The notes under the pieces: generated by a model
What the model was told of the DNA's origin: nothing
Database searches by the model: none
The model's input: only the letters and a program-made list of their open reading frames with translations
Source: Chromera velia
Lineage: Eukaryota
Length of the DNA: 58,234 nucleotides
Assembly: GCA_018398765.1 (NCBI GenBank)
Contig: JAHBMJ010000102.1
Coordinates: forward strand, 1 to 58,234
Reading direction: 5' to 3'
Shown here: positions 1 to 12,101 of the stretch, piece by piece
Position numbering within the stretch: position 1 is the stretch's first letter
Layout: each line of letters starts with the position of its first letter
Translations under genes and position numbers: made by a program

Positions 1-466
1 AGGAGTGACCGGATCGACCAGGATGTCAACATGGGCGAACTAAAATTCGGAAAGATCAGTCACGACTAAGGTCACTGTCATTCGGTGACATGTATACTTT
101 GTCATTGAAGCTTGCTACTTTACTTGATGTTCAACCACTGAACATACCTCTGATGAGCTTATCTTTTACAAAATCTTGCCACTTGGCGACTCGCTGCTCG
201 TTTTTCGACGTTGACCTAGCTTCCAGCAACGGTTCGGTCTTCACACCCTTTGAATCACAAAACACATATCAGGACCGTCTATCTGTTTCCCTGTGAGAAC
301 CTTTGTAGTCCAACGTGTTTGTCTTGGTCTCTTTCATGCTTTCACTTATGCATAAGGAACTCCTAATACCGCAAGCAATGCTGTTTTCGTTTTTCTGGAA
401 CTGGATTTGCCCTCCCTGAAATGACCGATGAGTTTGTTACTTGTGCCCGCTCCGCAGAGGAAGGAG

Positions 467-596
467 AGGGCTTCCCCAAAGTCTAGAAAGCTAAGGAGTG
501 TCCCACCATGGATGTATTCCGCCAAATTGTTGTAGCTCTGAAGTCTCAGCTAGCTGTTTTGCGTATTGATTAATTTTCATGGAGACGCACACACAT
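467..596. repeat. 130-bp direct repeat, copy 1 (putative long target-site duplication)
   Basis: agggcttccccaaagtctag...gcacacacat matches 3045-3174 with about 6 substitutions and abuts the LINE tail. Confidence 0.9.
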
Positions 597-3044
597 GATG
601 ATGATGATGATGATTGAGGGTTAAATCCTAGATTTAGTGACGCCAAATCCTAAGCCACTAGCAAGGCTTTGAGGACAACCCAGAGCACACATTTATGGGG
701 GGGGGGGATGAGGAAGCCTGCATGCTAATCGGATCGATTCGCCTCAACTTGCCTTATTGACAGAATGGACCTTCTTGAGACAGTCGGTTATAGCTTTGGA
801 ACCGCTTCTAGGCAGAATTGTGCACAACAGCAACACCATATCCTTCATTTTTTTCTTATTATCAGAAGTATCCCTCCCAGTTGTACCTGCAACGCGTTGT
901 GCGATCTGTATTCTTATGTTAATGGGTGCTTTCTGCTTCACAATTTCGTACAGTTCTTTCAGCCTGTTCCGTTCCCTTTCTGTGTCCTTACATTCCGTCA
1001 GAACATGAACCTCATCTTTGATCACATACGAGGGGGACAAACATTTATCGCACAGCCGTTCCGGTTGGGTTCTATCTATATCTCCCTCTGTGAGAGCCCT
1101 GAAAAGCGTACGAAAGCCTGCGGAGGACTGTAACAGACTCTTTGGCAGAGGTTCAACACTGCACTCTATCATTTCACTTCTCGGACGCCATTTCCTTTCA
1201 CTCAGAAGGTGCATGGCCAAACGCTGTCTGGACGGATTCTCTGATTGGAAAGGGAAGAGATTCGCAAGGTGGGGAAAAATTCCGTCTCTGTCTCTAACGT
1301 TTCTAGTTTCTTCTTTCAACCAGTCGGACAGCCAGGCACCCTCTATGATCTTTTTTGCCGCCCTTTTCCTTCTGCCCTTGCCCTTTCCTTTAAACTTGTC
1401 CCCCACCATGCTCGGCAATAGAGGCCATAAAAGGAAGCAATCTAAAGGAACGGCCAGCCATTTTACTGTCTTAGCGAAGGGTTCATATGAGCCAGCCAAG
1501 CACTTATTTCACACTGCCCGGGGTAGAGCACGGTCGATCGATTTGATGCATTGGATGAAACCCCCACCCAACTTACCAAGTAGAGAACTGAATGGCTCGA
1601 GAGAGAGAGAGAGAAGGGAAGGCGAAACAAAGGAGTGATGGGAGAGACCAAAACAATATCGAACAAAACATAATTGTAATGCATCGAGGTAGGCAACATC
1701 TGTCTTTCTCAGCGGGATCATTTCCAGTCCATACAGCACGACTGGCAGCCAGAGGGCCTTGAACAAAGTAATTTTAGAAAAGGGAAAAACAAAGCCCAGA
1801 GAAGAGAGAGTACCAAACACCGCCCCCAAAGCCTTCTCTGCCGCCTCAATGCGGGCTTCGACTGTCTTGCTAAGGTCCCTGCCCTCAAAAACCCAGTTGC
1901 CCAAATACTTATATTTACTCACCGCTTCCACTGGTCTGCCTTCATAAAGAAAAGGGGTCCGGGGCACTAGGTCGGGGTGGGGGGAGGAGAGACGCATAAC
2001 TTTTGTCTTCTTTAAATTCACCTTCAGGCCGTGCTCTTTACAATAGTCCTTGAGGCGAGACAGGCGTTTCTGCAAGTCAGAAGCACTGTGAGCAAACAGA
2101 ACAAGGTCGTCAGCATATCCGATGCTTTCGATTAAAACGTTAGACAGTCTGACAGGAGTCTCTCTATCAGTACCTCCAGCTGAGCTTTGATTCCTGTTTT
2201 CATTATCGGAGCTGACAGACTTATGCAGATTGTTGATGAAAAGAAGAAAGAGGAGAGGAGAGAGAGGATCGCCTTGTTTTACTCCTCCGCCTTCTGGAAA
2301 GCATTCTGTTGCCCCATCCACTCGAGCCTTCACCTGACTATACATCGAATGAATCATCCAAACATCGGTTTGGCTTACTCCTTCCTCCCTGAGCCTCTCT
2401 AACATTTTGACCCGAGGAACTGTATCAAACGCCTTGCTGAAATCAACAAATGCGGCAATCAGAGGGCTCTTCTTCTTTTTGGAGCTGAGAATTAACGAAG
2501 ACAGAGCAGCAAAGGCCTCCCTTATCCTTACCCCCTGTCTGAAGCTGAGCTGCCTTTCGTCAATTTTCACCTCTTTCCTGATCTTTGAGTCCATCAATAA
2601 AGCAAAAATCTTACCCAGAAGCCTCACAATGTGGATCGGGCGCCATTTGTTACAGTCGAGACTCGGCGGGCCCTTGGGGACGGGAGCAATGCGCAACACA
2701 TTCCAGTGTTCAGGCCAAAAAGAAAAAAGGTGAAACAAATTGAAAAAGACAAAGAGCAGCAAGCGGGAGAGAGAAGAAAAACCAAAACATAACGAGAGGT
2801 GACAGGGGCCAACCCTATCCAAACCCAACGCCTTCTTTAGGTCAATTCCTTTCAGTGTTTCCTCAATCATGTGTATAGAGAAGGCGGGCTGAGAAGGAGG
2901 GGGGAAGGCCAGACCAACAGGTGCAGGCGGAAGACCAGGACCGTCGAAGACCCCAGCCCAGAACTGAGTGAAAGAAGATGCAGCGGGTTTATTATTATCC
3001 CTTCCCCTCTGTGTTTTGATTTTCCTGTTCCATTTTCCTGTTCC
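597..3044 (-). mobile_element. 5'-truncated non-LTR retrotransposon (LINE; RTE/RTEX-like architecture)
   Basis: RT motifs FVDFSKAFD, GVKQGDPLSPLLF and YADD, then a C-terminal CxxC..H..C knuckle, a short 3' UTR and an (ATC)n tail at 595-614. Bounded by a 130-bp direct repeat. No endonuclease or ORF1 is present. Confidence 0.92.
744..3031 (-). pseudogene. LINE ORF2 remnant (reverse transcriptase plus CCHC zinc knuckle) with one premature stop
   Basis: ORFs 1509..2870 and 744..1499 share a frame and are separated by one TGA (LPRAV*NKCLAG) at 1509-1511. The frame is also open upstream of 2870 (..FTQFWAGVFDG..) to the 5' junction. Knuckle: RLCDKC..DEVHVLTEC. Confidence 0.88.
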
Positions 3045-3174
3045 AGGGCTTCCCCAAAGTCTAGAAAGCTAAGGAGTGTCCCACCATGGATGTATTCCGC
3101 CAAATTGTTGTAGCTTTGAAGTCTCAGCTGGCCGTTTTGCGTATTAGTTAATTTTCATGGAGATGCACACACAT
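3045..3174. repeat. 130-bp direct repeat, copy 2
   Basis: Matches 467-596 and abuts the 5' truncation point of the LINE. Confidence 0.9.
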
Positions 3175-3964
3175 ACAGCTAAGCAGACAGAGCGCTACAC
3201 ACTATCAAACCTTTAACCTCAATTTCCTCTTCACTCCGCTCGCTGAGTATCAACCACCACGCTAGCTACTACGTTGCTCAAGAGAGTCCAACCTAAGCTG
3301 CTTGCTATGTAGCTTATTTTTTTTTTCTTCTTTGTGCTGCAAATCTACATGGTTCCTTCGTGAGTGCAGAATAGCATATGGATGTCTGCGTTTTGCTGTT
3401 AATTTTATATGCATTCACTTACATTTGGGTGATTTTGGCACACGCATCACAATAAAATCGAGTCTAACAGTTTGTGTCTGGTATGGGATTTCCAGGAACG
3501 ACGTGTTGATGAAGTCATTCTCAATCTGAGAAAACAATCTCATGATGCGTTAACTCTCTTTAAGAGGGGGGTTAAGGGGACGAAGCCCCCCTTATAGTTT
3601 GGCCTTCTAAACGTTTTGGAGCCCATTTTCTAAGTAAAGTTGACTCTTTAAAAACATAAGATTTTTATAAAAAGTTTACAGTTTTATGAATGATACCGTT
3701 TGGACTAGGTTTTAGCTTTGTACGCTAAAAATGTTATGTCAGTATCGAAATTATCAATGATACGCCCTTTTTTTTGGAATCTTAAATTGCGATACGATAC
3801 CGATTCGATACGATAGCTATCCCTATTTGCCAGGATATTTAGACTCTTTTTGGAGATCTCCAAAAATTTTTGGCGGTCTCCAAAATCTTTTTATAAACTN
3901 CCNNNNNNNNNNNNNNNNNNNNNNNNNNNNNNNNNNNNNNNNNNNNNNNNNNNNNNNNNNNNNN

Positions 3965-5494
3965 TTGGCTTACTCCTTCCTCCCTGAGCCTCTCTAACAT
4001 TTTGACCCGAGGAACTGTATCAAACGCCTTGCTGAAATCAACAAATGCGGCAATCAGAGGGCTCTTCTTCTTTTTGGAGCTGAGAATTAACGAAGACAGA
4101 GCAGCAAAGGCCTCCCTTATCCTTACCCCCTGTCTGAAGCTGAGCTGCCTTTCGTCAATTTTCACCTCTTTCCTGATCTTTGAGTCCATCAATAAAGCAA
4201 AAATCTTACCCAGAAGCCTCACAATGTGGATCGGGCGCCATTTGTTACAGTCGAGACTCGGCGGGCCCTTGGGGACGGGAGCAATGCGCAACACATTCCA
4301 GTGTTCAGGCCAAAAAGAAAAAAGGTGAAACAAATTGAAAAAGACAAAGAGCAGCAAGCGGGAGAGAGAAGAAAAACCAAAACATAACGAGAGGTGACAG
4401 GGGCCAACCCTATCCAAACCCAACGCCTTCTTTAGGTCAATTCCTTTCAGTGTTTCCTCAATCATGTGTATAGAGAAGGCGGGCTGAGAAGGAGGGGGGA
4501 AGGCCAGACCAACAGGTGCAGGCGGAAGACCAGGACCGTCGAAGACCCCAGCCCAGAACTGAGTGAAAGAAGATGCAGCGGGTTTATTATTATCCCTTCC
4601 CCTCTGTGTTTTGATTTTCCTGTTCCATTTTCCTGTTCCAGGGCTTCCCCAAAGTCTAGAAAGCTAAGGAGTGTCCCACCATGGATGTATTCCGCCAAAT
4701 TGTTGTAGCTTTGAAGTCTCAGCTGGCCGTTTTGCGTATTAGTTAATTTTCATGGAGATGCACACACATACAGCTAAGCAGACAGAGCGCTACACACTAT
4801 CAAACCTTTAACCTCAATTTCCTCTTCACTCCGCTCGCTGAGTATCAACCACCACGCTAGCTACTACGTTGCTCAAGAGAGTCCAACCTAAGCTGCTTGC
4901 TATGTAGCTTATTTTTTTTTTCTTCTTTGTGCTGCAAATCTACATGGTTCCTTCGTGAGTGCAGAATAGCATATGGATGTCTGCGTTTTGCTGTTAATTT
5001 TATATGCATTCACTTACATTTGGGTGATTTTGGCACACGCATCACAATAAAATCGAGTCTAACAGTTTGTGTCTGGTATGGGATTTCCAGGAACGACGTG
5101 TTGATGAAGTCATTCTCAATCTGAGAAAACAATCTCATGATGCGTTAACTCTCTTTAAGAGGGGGGTTAAGGGGACGAAGCCCCCCTTATAGTTTGGCCT
5201 TCTAAACGTTTTGGAGCCCATTTTCTAAGTAAAGTTGACTCTTTAAAAACATAAGATTTTTATAAAAAGTTTACAGTTTTATGAATGATACCGTTTGGAC
5301 TAGGTTTTAGCTTTGTACGCTAAAAATGTTATGTCAGTATCGAAATTATCAATGATACGCCCTTTTTTTTGGAATCTTAAATTGCGATACGATACCGATT
5401 CGATACGATAGCTATCCCTATTTGCCAGGATATTTAGACTCTTTTTGGAGATCTCCAAAAATTTTTGGCGGTCTCCAAAATCTTTTTATAAACT
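3965..5494. other. Copy of 2370-3899 (offset 1595) immediately after an N gap; probable unmerged contig overlap
   Basis: Sequence and ORF translations appear identical, and both breakpoints coincide with the N run at 3900-3964. Confidence 0.8.
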
Positions 5495-6171
5495 TTAACT
5501 AATTCTTCAACTTAATGAAACAATTAAAACAAATAGAGCAATCAACCTGGCAATCAATTGATCAATAAAACTTTATTAAATTACACTAAATTCAATTCAG
5601 TTAAGGATTACAGGTTGAGGAATATTAGGTGGGTCTGTAGAGTAAACTTCACTATGCTAACGCCCGCTCACTATGCCAACAGATGCGAAGGAAGGATCGC
5701 AAACGAATTGACACAAATGTCAGATTCTGAGAGAAATTGGCGCATGATGGAAGTCGACCCGGACTCGACCGTCGACCCCTAGGTCGACCCGCATGCACAC
5801 ATCCAATCATTTCCTGATACTTAGAGAAAGCCAGACCCACACACACAAAGAAGCCGGTTTCCCTTCCACCCCTTACACAGACCGTCCAATCCCTCTATTT
5901 GAAGATCTTCTTCGAGAAGGACAATGCACTTTCACGACACGATCGAGGAGGGAAGGCATGAGCGGACAGCCGAATCTGCCTCACCCATGAATGAGTGTCA
6001 GAGAATCGACGAAACACCGCACACTCCCCCTCCCCCCCGCTTTTCCCCCCTTCTTCCAGCCAGTCCTCTCTCTTTCCTGCTTTCCTTCCCCGACCCCCGG
6101 ACAAGGACAGAGAATGTCACACAGAAACAAAGAGCTGAGGAGGAAGGCGGCCAACCAACCCGAAGGCTTGC

Positions 6172-8454
6172 CTAGTCGACCTCCTCGACGGTGGGGCCGC
6201 CGGCACCGGGCCCGGGGGGGGCACCGGCACCGCCCATGCCACCGAAGTCGGGCATGCCCTCCCCGCCAGGCATCCCACCTGCACCGCCTGCCCCGGCAGC
6301 CTGGTACACCTTCATCATGACGGGGTTGCACACCCCCTCCAACTCCTTCTGCTTGGCCTCGAACTCCTCCTTCTCTGCCAGCTGGTTTCTGTCCAGCCAC
6401 TGCAGAGCCTCGTCGACGGCCTTCTCGATGGTCTCCTTGTCAGAGGCCTCAATCTTCTCCTTGATCTTCTCCTCGTTCATCGTGTTCCGCATAGAGTAGC
6501 AGTAGTTCTCGAGGCCGTTCTTTGCCTCGACACGGGCCTTGTTCTGGGAGTCCTCGGCGGCGTACTTCTCGGCCTCTGAGACCATCCTGTCGATCTCGGC
6601 CTGAGAGAGACGGCCCTTGTCGTTGGTGATGGTGATCGTGTTGGACTTGTTGGTGGACTTCTCAACGGCAGTCACGTTCATGATGCCGTTGGCGTCAATG
6701 TCGAAGGTGACCTCAATCTGAGGCACACCGCGGGGGGCGGGGGGGATGCCGTCGAGGTGGAACTTGCCGAGAAGGTTGTTGTCCTTCGTCATGGCGCGCT
6801 CACCCTCGTACACCTGAATGAGGACACCGGGCTGGTTGTCGGCGTAGGTCGTGAAGGTCTGAGACTTCTTGGTGGGGATGGTGGTGTTCCTCTCAATGAG
6901 CTTGGTCATCACACCGCCAGCAGTCTCAAGACCGAGAGACAGGGGGGTGACGTCAAGGAGGAGCAAATCCTGAACCTGGGAGGAGGTCTCACCAGACAGA
7001 ATGGCGGCCTGCACGGCGGCACCGTAAGCCACGGCCTCGTCGGGGTTGATGGACTTGCAGGGCTCCTTGCCGTTGAAGAACTCAGTGATCAATGCCTGGA
7101 TCTTGGGGATACGGGTGGAGCCTCCGACAAGGACCACCTCGTGCACGGAGCGCTTGTCAATGCCGGAATCCTTCAAGACCTTCTCGACGGGGGCGAGGGT
7201 GTTTCTGAAGTAGTCCATGCACATCTCCTCGAAACGAGCACGGGAGATAGTGACGGAGTAGTCAATGCCATCGAAGAGGGAGTCAATCTCGATGGTGGCC
7301 TGGGCAGAAGAGGACAGAGAGCGCTTGGCACGCTCGCACTGGGTCCGGAGACGGCGAAGGGCTCTGTTGTTGCCCGAGAGGTCCTTGCCCCTGTTCTTCC
7401 TCTTGAAGTCCTGGATGCAGAAATCGACAAGGCGGTTGTCGAAATCCTCTCCACCCAAATGGGTGTCACCGGCGGTGGCCTTGACTTCAAAGATCCCGTC
7501 CTCGATCGTCAGGAGAGACACATCGAAAGTGCCTCCACCGAGATCGAAAATGAGAACGTTCCTCTCACCCTGTCCCTTCTTGTCGAGACCGTAGGCGATG
7601 GCGGCAGCAGTGGGCTCGTTGATGATTCTCATCACGTTGAGACCAGCGATGGCCCCAGCGTCCTTGGTGGCCTGTCTCTGGGAGTCGTTGAAGTAGGCAG
7701 GCACAGTGACGACTGCGTTCTTGACCTTCCTGCCGAGATAGTCATCGGCAATCTCCTTCATCTTGGTCAACACCATGGCGGAGATCTCCTCAGGGTGGAA
7801 GGTCTTGGACTCGTTCTGGTAGTTGACGACAATCTGGGGCTTGTCGCCCTTTCCACTGACGACCTTGAAGGGCCTGCAGTCATCACAAACAAGAAGAGAG
7901 ACGAGGTGAGATCAGAGGGCTCTAGTAGAGGGAGATGAGAGAAACTAGAACGAGAAAGCAGACAGGAAGAGAGAGATCAGAAGGAAAAGAAAGACAAGAA
8001 GCGGAAAGGCAGTAGTGATCACGCAACTTACGATCAGAAAAGAGTGGAGGCCTCAAAAGGTGAAACAGTTGGAACAACATGCAACTTTCTTCTTAATTTG
8101 TTATGGAAAGAAATTGATCGAGGAGTCTGGAAGACAACCGGTGATACGAGGGCTGAAACTCAGAGTCAGAGAGGAAACTGACCAGTGCTTCATGTCAGAC
8201 TGCACAGCAGCCTCAGAGAAGTGGCGTCCGATGAGTCTCTTCGCATCGAAGACGGTGTTTTCGGGATTTCTGGCCACCTGGTTCTTCGCAGCGTCTCCGA
8301 TCAGACGCTCAGTGTCAGTGAAGGCCACATAGGAGGGAGTGGTACGGTTTCCCTGGTCGTTAGCAATGATCTCCACAGTGTCGTTCTTCCAGACACCGAC
8401 ACAGGAGTAGGTAGTTCCAAGATCAATTCCGATCGCGGGACCTTCTCCGGACAT
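6172..8454 (-). CDS. HSP70: Cytosolic heat shock protein 70 (2 exons: 8454-8183 and 7873-6172; 657 aa)
   Basis: Motifs [20 protein letters not shown] and [14 protein letters not shown] repeats and a C-terminal [13 protein letters not shown] intron at 8182-7874 joins MKHW|PFKV in frame. Confidence 0.98.
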
Positions 8455-9199
8455 TTTCAATTAGCAGATAAAAGGTTGTGAGAATAGAAGGAAGGGTAAG
8501 AAAGCGTTGTGTGCGCTCGCAAAGAGTAGTCAAGGGATCCAACAAGAGGATCAGTTTTCAGCTCTCAAACAAAGAAGCGTTTGTGAAACCAAAGTATGGT
8601 GATGATCAAGGAGGTTTCTTGGAAAAGAAGCTGGTTGAAAGGACTGTTTTTGTTGTGGTGATCAAAAATTATTTTGGGGGACGCGCAAAAAAGCCTTTCT
8701 AGGACACCCCCAATTACGGCCCAAATAGATCCAAATAGTGGCCATCCACGACGACCAGTGTGCGAATTTCGTACGATTTTTTGTGCGCGTCCCAGAATTC
8801 CTGCGGGACGCCGCCCGCCGCGCGAAACCGCACGTCTCGTATCGCGTCGCTTGCACTCGGGGTGCTCCAAGATCTGGACCCAGCCACTTCGCTAATTTGA
8901 GCCGGGGCCGAGCCATGCGAAGGAGCGATCAAGCGATACACGACGCGGTCTGAGTGTTCCAGAGTCCGTCTCGACACGAGGCATGAAGTCACGGGTGACT
9001 GACCATGAAGCCTTCGCAGGCAAGCATCTGAACGTGCCCCGTGCAGTGTGCCCATCAGGAAGTCTGCGTCAGATACAAACAGCGCTCTGTCGATTTGTCA
9101 TTTTGCCGGTGCCGCGACCAGTTTGTGAGAGGGAGGGGTTAAGAGCCAGCCGTCTCCTCGGTCTACCCGCTTCGTTGTTGCAGCACGTCGCCTAGCTGG

Positions 9200-12066
9200 A
9201 TGGCGGGGGGGGACGGGGAGGGGCCCAGCCCTTCGCAGAATCGGAAGAGCGCGTTTATGGTCGACCCCTATTTCACGTTCATCAACGCGGTCGTGTGCAA
9301 GGGGAGGAGGAAAAGCCTCAAGAAGACGGGTAGGTCGGAACAGAACATCCAAACTCCCGAGACTTGCACGGACCGACAAAGTGAGAGAATCCTATGGACC
9401 TGCAGAGGCTGAGCGCTCTCTCTTCCGTGCTGTGGATATCTTTTCTCTTTCCTTCCGGGAATTGAGACTCTTCAGCTGGATGGGGGCGTTGCTCGCCGTA
9501 CGTGCCTCGTTGTCTTCTGTCTGACTGTCTGTCTGTCTGTCTGTGTGTGTGTCTGTCTGTCTGTGTGTGTGTGTGTGTTCCTGTGAGGGGGTTGGGGGGA
9601 CGGGGAAGTCGGTGAGATGCTGTGGGTTTCTGTATGAGTGTGATCTTCTGTGGTATCTTCTCTGCTCGCTTCGTGGTAGGTGGATGAGATAGATAGATGG
9701 ATGTATTTCTTCATGTACCGCTGGATGGGTGCAGACATCGAGGCCCTCCGAATAGGAGATGACGCGAGGACGCAGACGGAGGTGTTTGAGTCCTATAGGG
9801 TCGGTCGATTGGGGGGGGAGGGAAGGCGGGCGTGTGTGTGTGTGTGTGTGTGTGTGAGTCGGTCGGGTGTCAGCCGGTCTGCTTGGAAAAATTAAGGGAG
9901 ACAAAGAGATCGTTTGCAAAGGCTGTGTGGGAGGGAAGGACAAAGAAACGGAACAAGACGATCAAACCATCCCCCCCCCGGCCTTTCTTTTCTTTTGCCT
10001 GGGGTACTCTTTCATCCTTTTCGTTTTTCTCCCCTCTCAGCACCCTCTTCTTGTCCCCCTTGCAGCTGAAGGGAATGGAGGTCTCCTCGACCCTTCTCAG
10101 AATGAACAGTCAGTCAGTCAGTTAGTCGGGCGGTCGCAGAGAGACAGATATTCAGGCAGGCGGACGAACAGTTTGGCAAGCAGGGAAAAAAATAGCAGAC
10201 ACTCACAGACAGGAATCCAATGGAGACAATCCAGTTTCTACTTCCTTTTCATGGGGAGCTGCAAAAGATGAAAAGCTGCTCGCGTCCTTTTGCACGCATG
10301 TATCCATCTTGCGTTTATTTGAACGTGTCGCTTCCTCCATGCATTCCTGTGAATGAGTGACTAGCTGGATGTGTGCGTTTCTGTCTGTCTGTCTGTCTGT
10401 CTGGGTGTTTGTTGCCTGCCTTCATGCAGGAGTGGAGCTTTGGATTGGCGGAGTGGCGACGTTCTTCTGGGTGGCGACTCAGTTGGCTCAGCCAATTCTG
10501 ATCAGGTGGGGAAACAAATGGGGGGGTCGCTTTTGTTCCTCGATTTGTTCAAAGCAGACTTCCGTCCATTTACACACACCTTTCCACCTTTCTTTTGTGT
10601 TTCTTCCCTCTCCAGAAGGAAGGAGGCATCCTCTAAGCCTTCATGTGACATTTGCTTCTTCCCAACTCCCTGGATGTATGTGTATACATTCACATTTACG
10701 TTTTCCCCTTCCTGCAGGTACCTGATCCAGTCAATCGAGAGGGGGGGCGAGGAGGGTCTGTTTTGGGCTCTGGGCCTGGGAGTGGCCACGTTGCTGGCAG
10801 GGATATCCAACCAGGTGCAGCTTCACTTCACGTTCCATGTAGGGCAGAGGTTGCGGTCCTCTGCTATCTCCCTGGTCTTCCGGAAAGCTCTGAGAGTAGA
10901 CGCACCGCACCTCACACAACAGCAGCAGCAACAGCCGCAGTCGACGGCTCATTCGGACTCTGTTGTAGGAGATGGGGAGAAGAAAGAGAGAAGCCAGCAG
11001 AAGGAGAAGGAAACGTCCTTCCAGTATCAGGCGTCGAGTGAGCAGCCTCTGAGAAGGAATCAGACGTTCCTGTCTGCATTCTTTGAGAACATTCAAAGGG
11101 GTAGGAGGAGGGCTGCTGGCGGAGGGGCTGGGGGGTTGCGTTCGTTTTTTACGTCAGCTGTGTCCTTCGGGAAGGGGGCGAGACCGAAAGGAGGATGGGA
11201 CGGGGGTCCCGGAAAGCGAAAAGGAAAGAAGAAAGAGAAGAAGAAGAAGGAAGAGAGCGATGCAAGTGTGATCAACATGCTCTCCTCAGACACGCAACAA
11301 TTCCTCGTCTGTTTGCCTCTCATTAATCAGGTCAGTCAGTCGGCTATGCATGCATGGTGGCATTAGCTTTTCGTTTCGTCCGTTTTTGGCTTTTCTCCAA
11401 AAATGAAATGACCCATTCATTTGAAATCCTTCTCTGTCGGTGTGCTTTGAGATGAGAAATCAGGTCCCTTTTGTCTTGTTCGCTTGCGCGTTCATTCGCA
11501 TGCGTGCTGTGTTGGTGATTGGTGGTCCTTTTCTCTTCCACACATATGTCTTTTTCCACTCAACTTTTGGAGAAGGAAAGCATGGATGCACGAATCTATA
11601 AAAAAGTGAGTGAATGAGAGCTTTAATACTTAAATTAATGAACGGATGCATGAACAAGAAATTCAGATGAGAGTTGCACACATCGATTCTAAATGGCTTC
11701 CCTTCTCTCCCTGCAGGTCTGGGCAGCCCCTTTCTCCATCTTTGTCGCTGCCTACTTCCTCATCGACCTTCTTGGCTGGCCTGCTGTGTTGGGAATTGTC
11801 GTGATCTGCTCTCTGGCCCCAGTGAGCTACTGGGTGGCTGCGGCAATGAACGCACAGAGGGACGAACAGATGAAAATCAGCGACCTGAGGGTTCGCCTTT
11901 GTGGGGAGGTGCTCTCGGGGGCTCGAATGGTTTGTCGGTCTCTTTAATTCCACCTCTCCTACTTTCTCTCTCTGTCTCCGTCTGTGTTTCTATCACCGTG
12001 TCTCTATCAGAGGTCTGCCACTCTTACTCCTTGGGGAATTTGTCGGTGTGTTTACCGCGCTGTCGC

Positions 12067-12101
<35 letters not shown>

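Noticed and set aside
2370..5494. Apparent tandem second RT element or LTR-like 1.5-kb repeat
   Set aside because: The copies look identical and both breakpoints sit at the N gap; most simply an unmerged contig overlap.
6757..7938. 393-aa plus-strand ORF
   Set aside because: Antisense shadow of GC3-biased HSP70, a well-known artefact.
8690..8810. Heat-shock elements upstream of HSP70
   Set aside because: Only isolated GAA/TTC half-sites; no three-unit nGAAn array.
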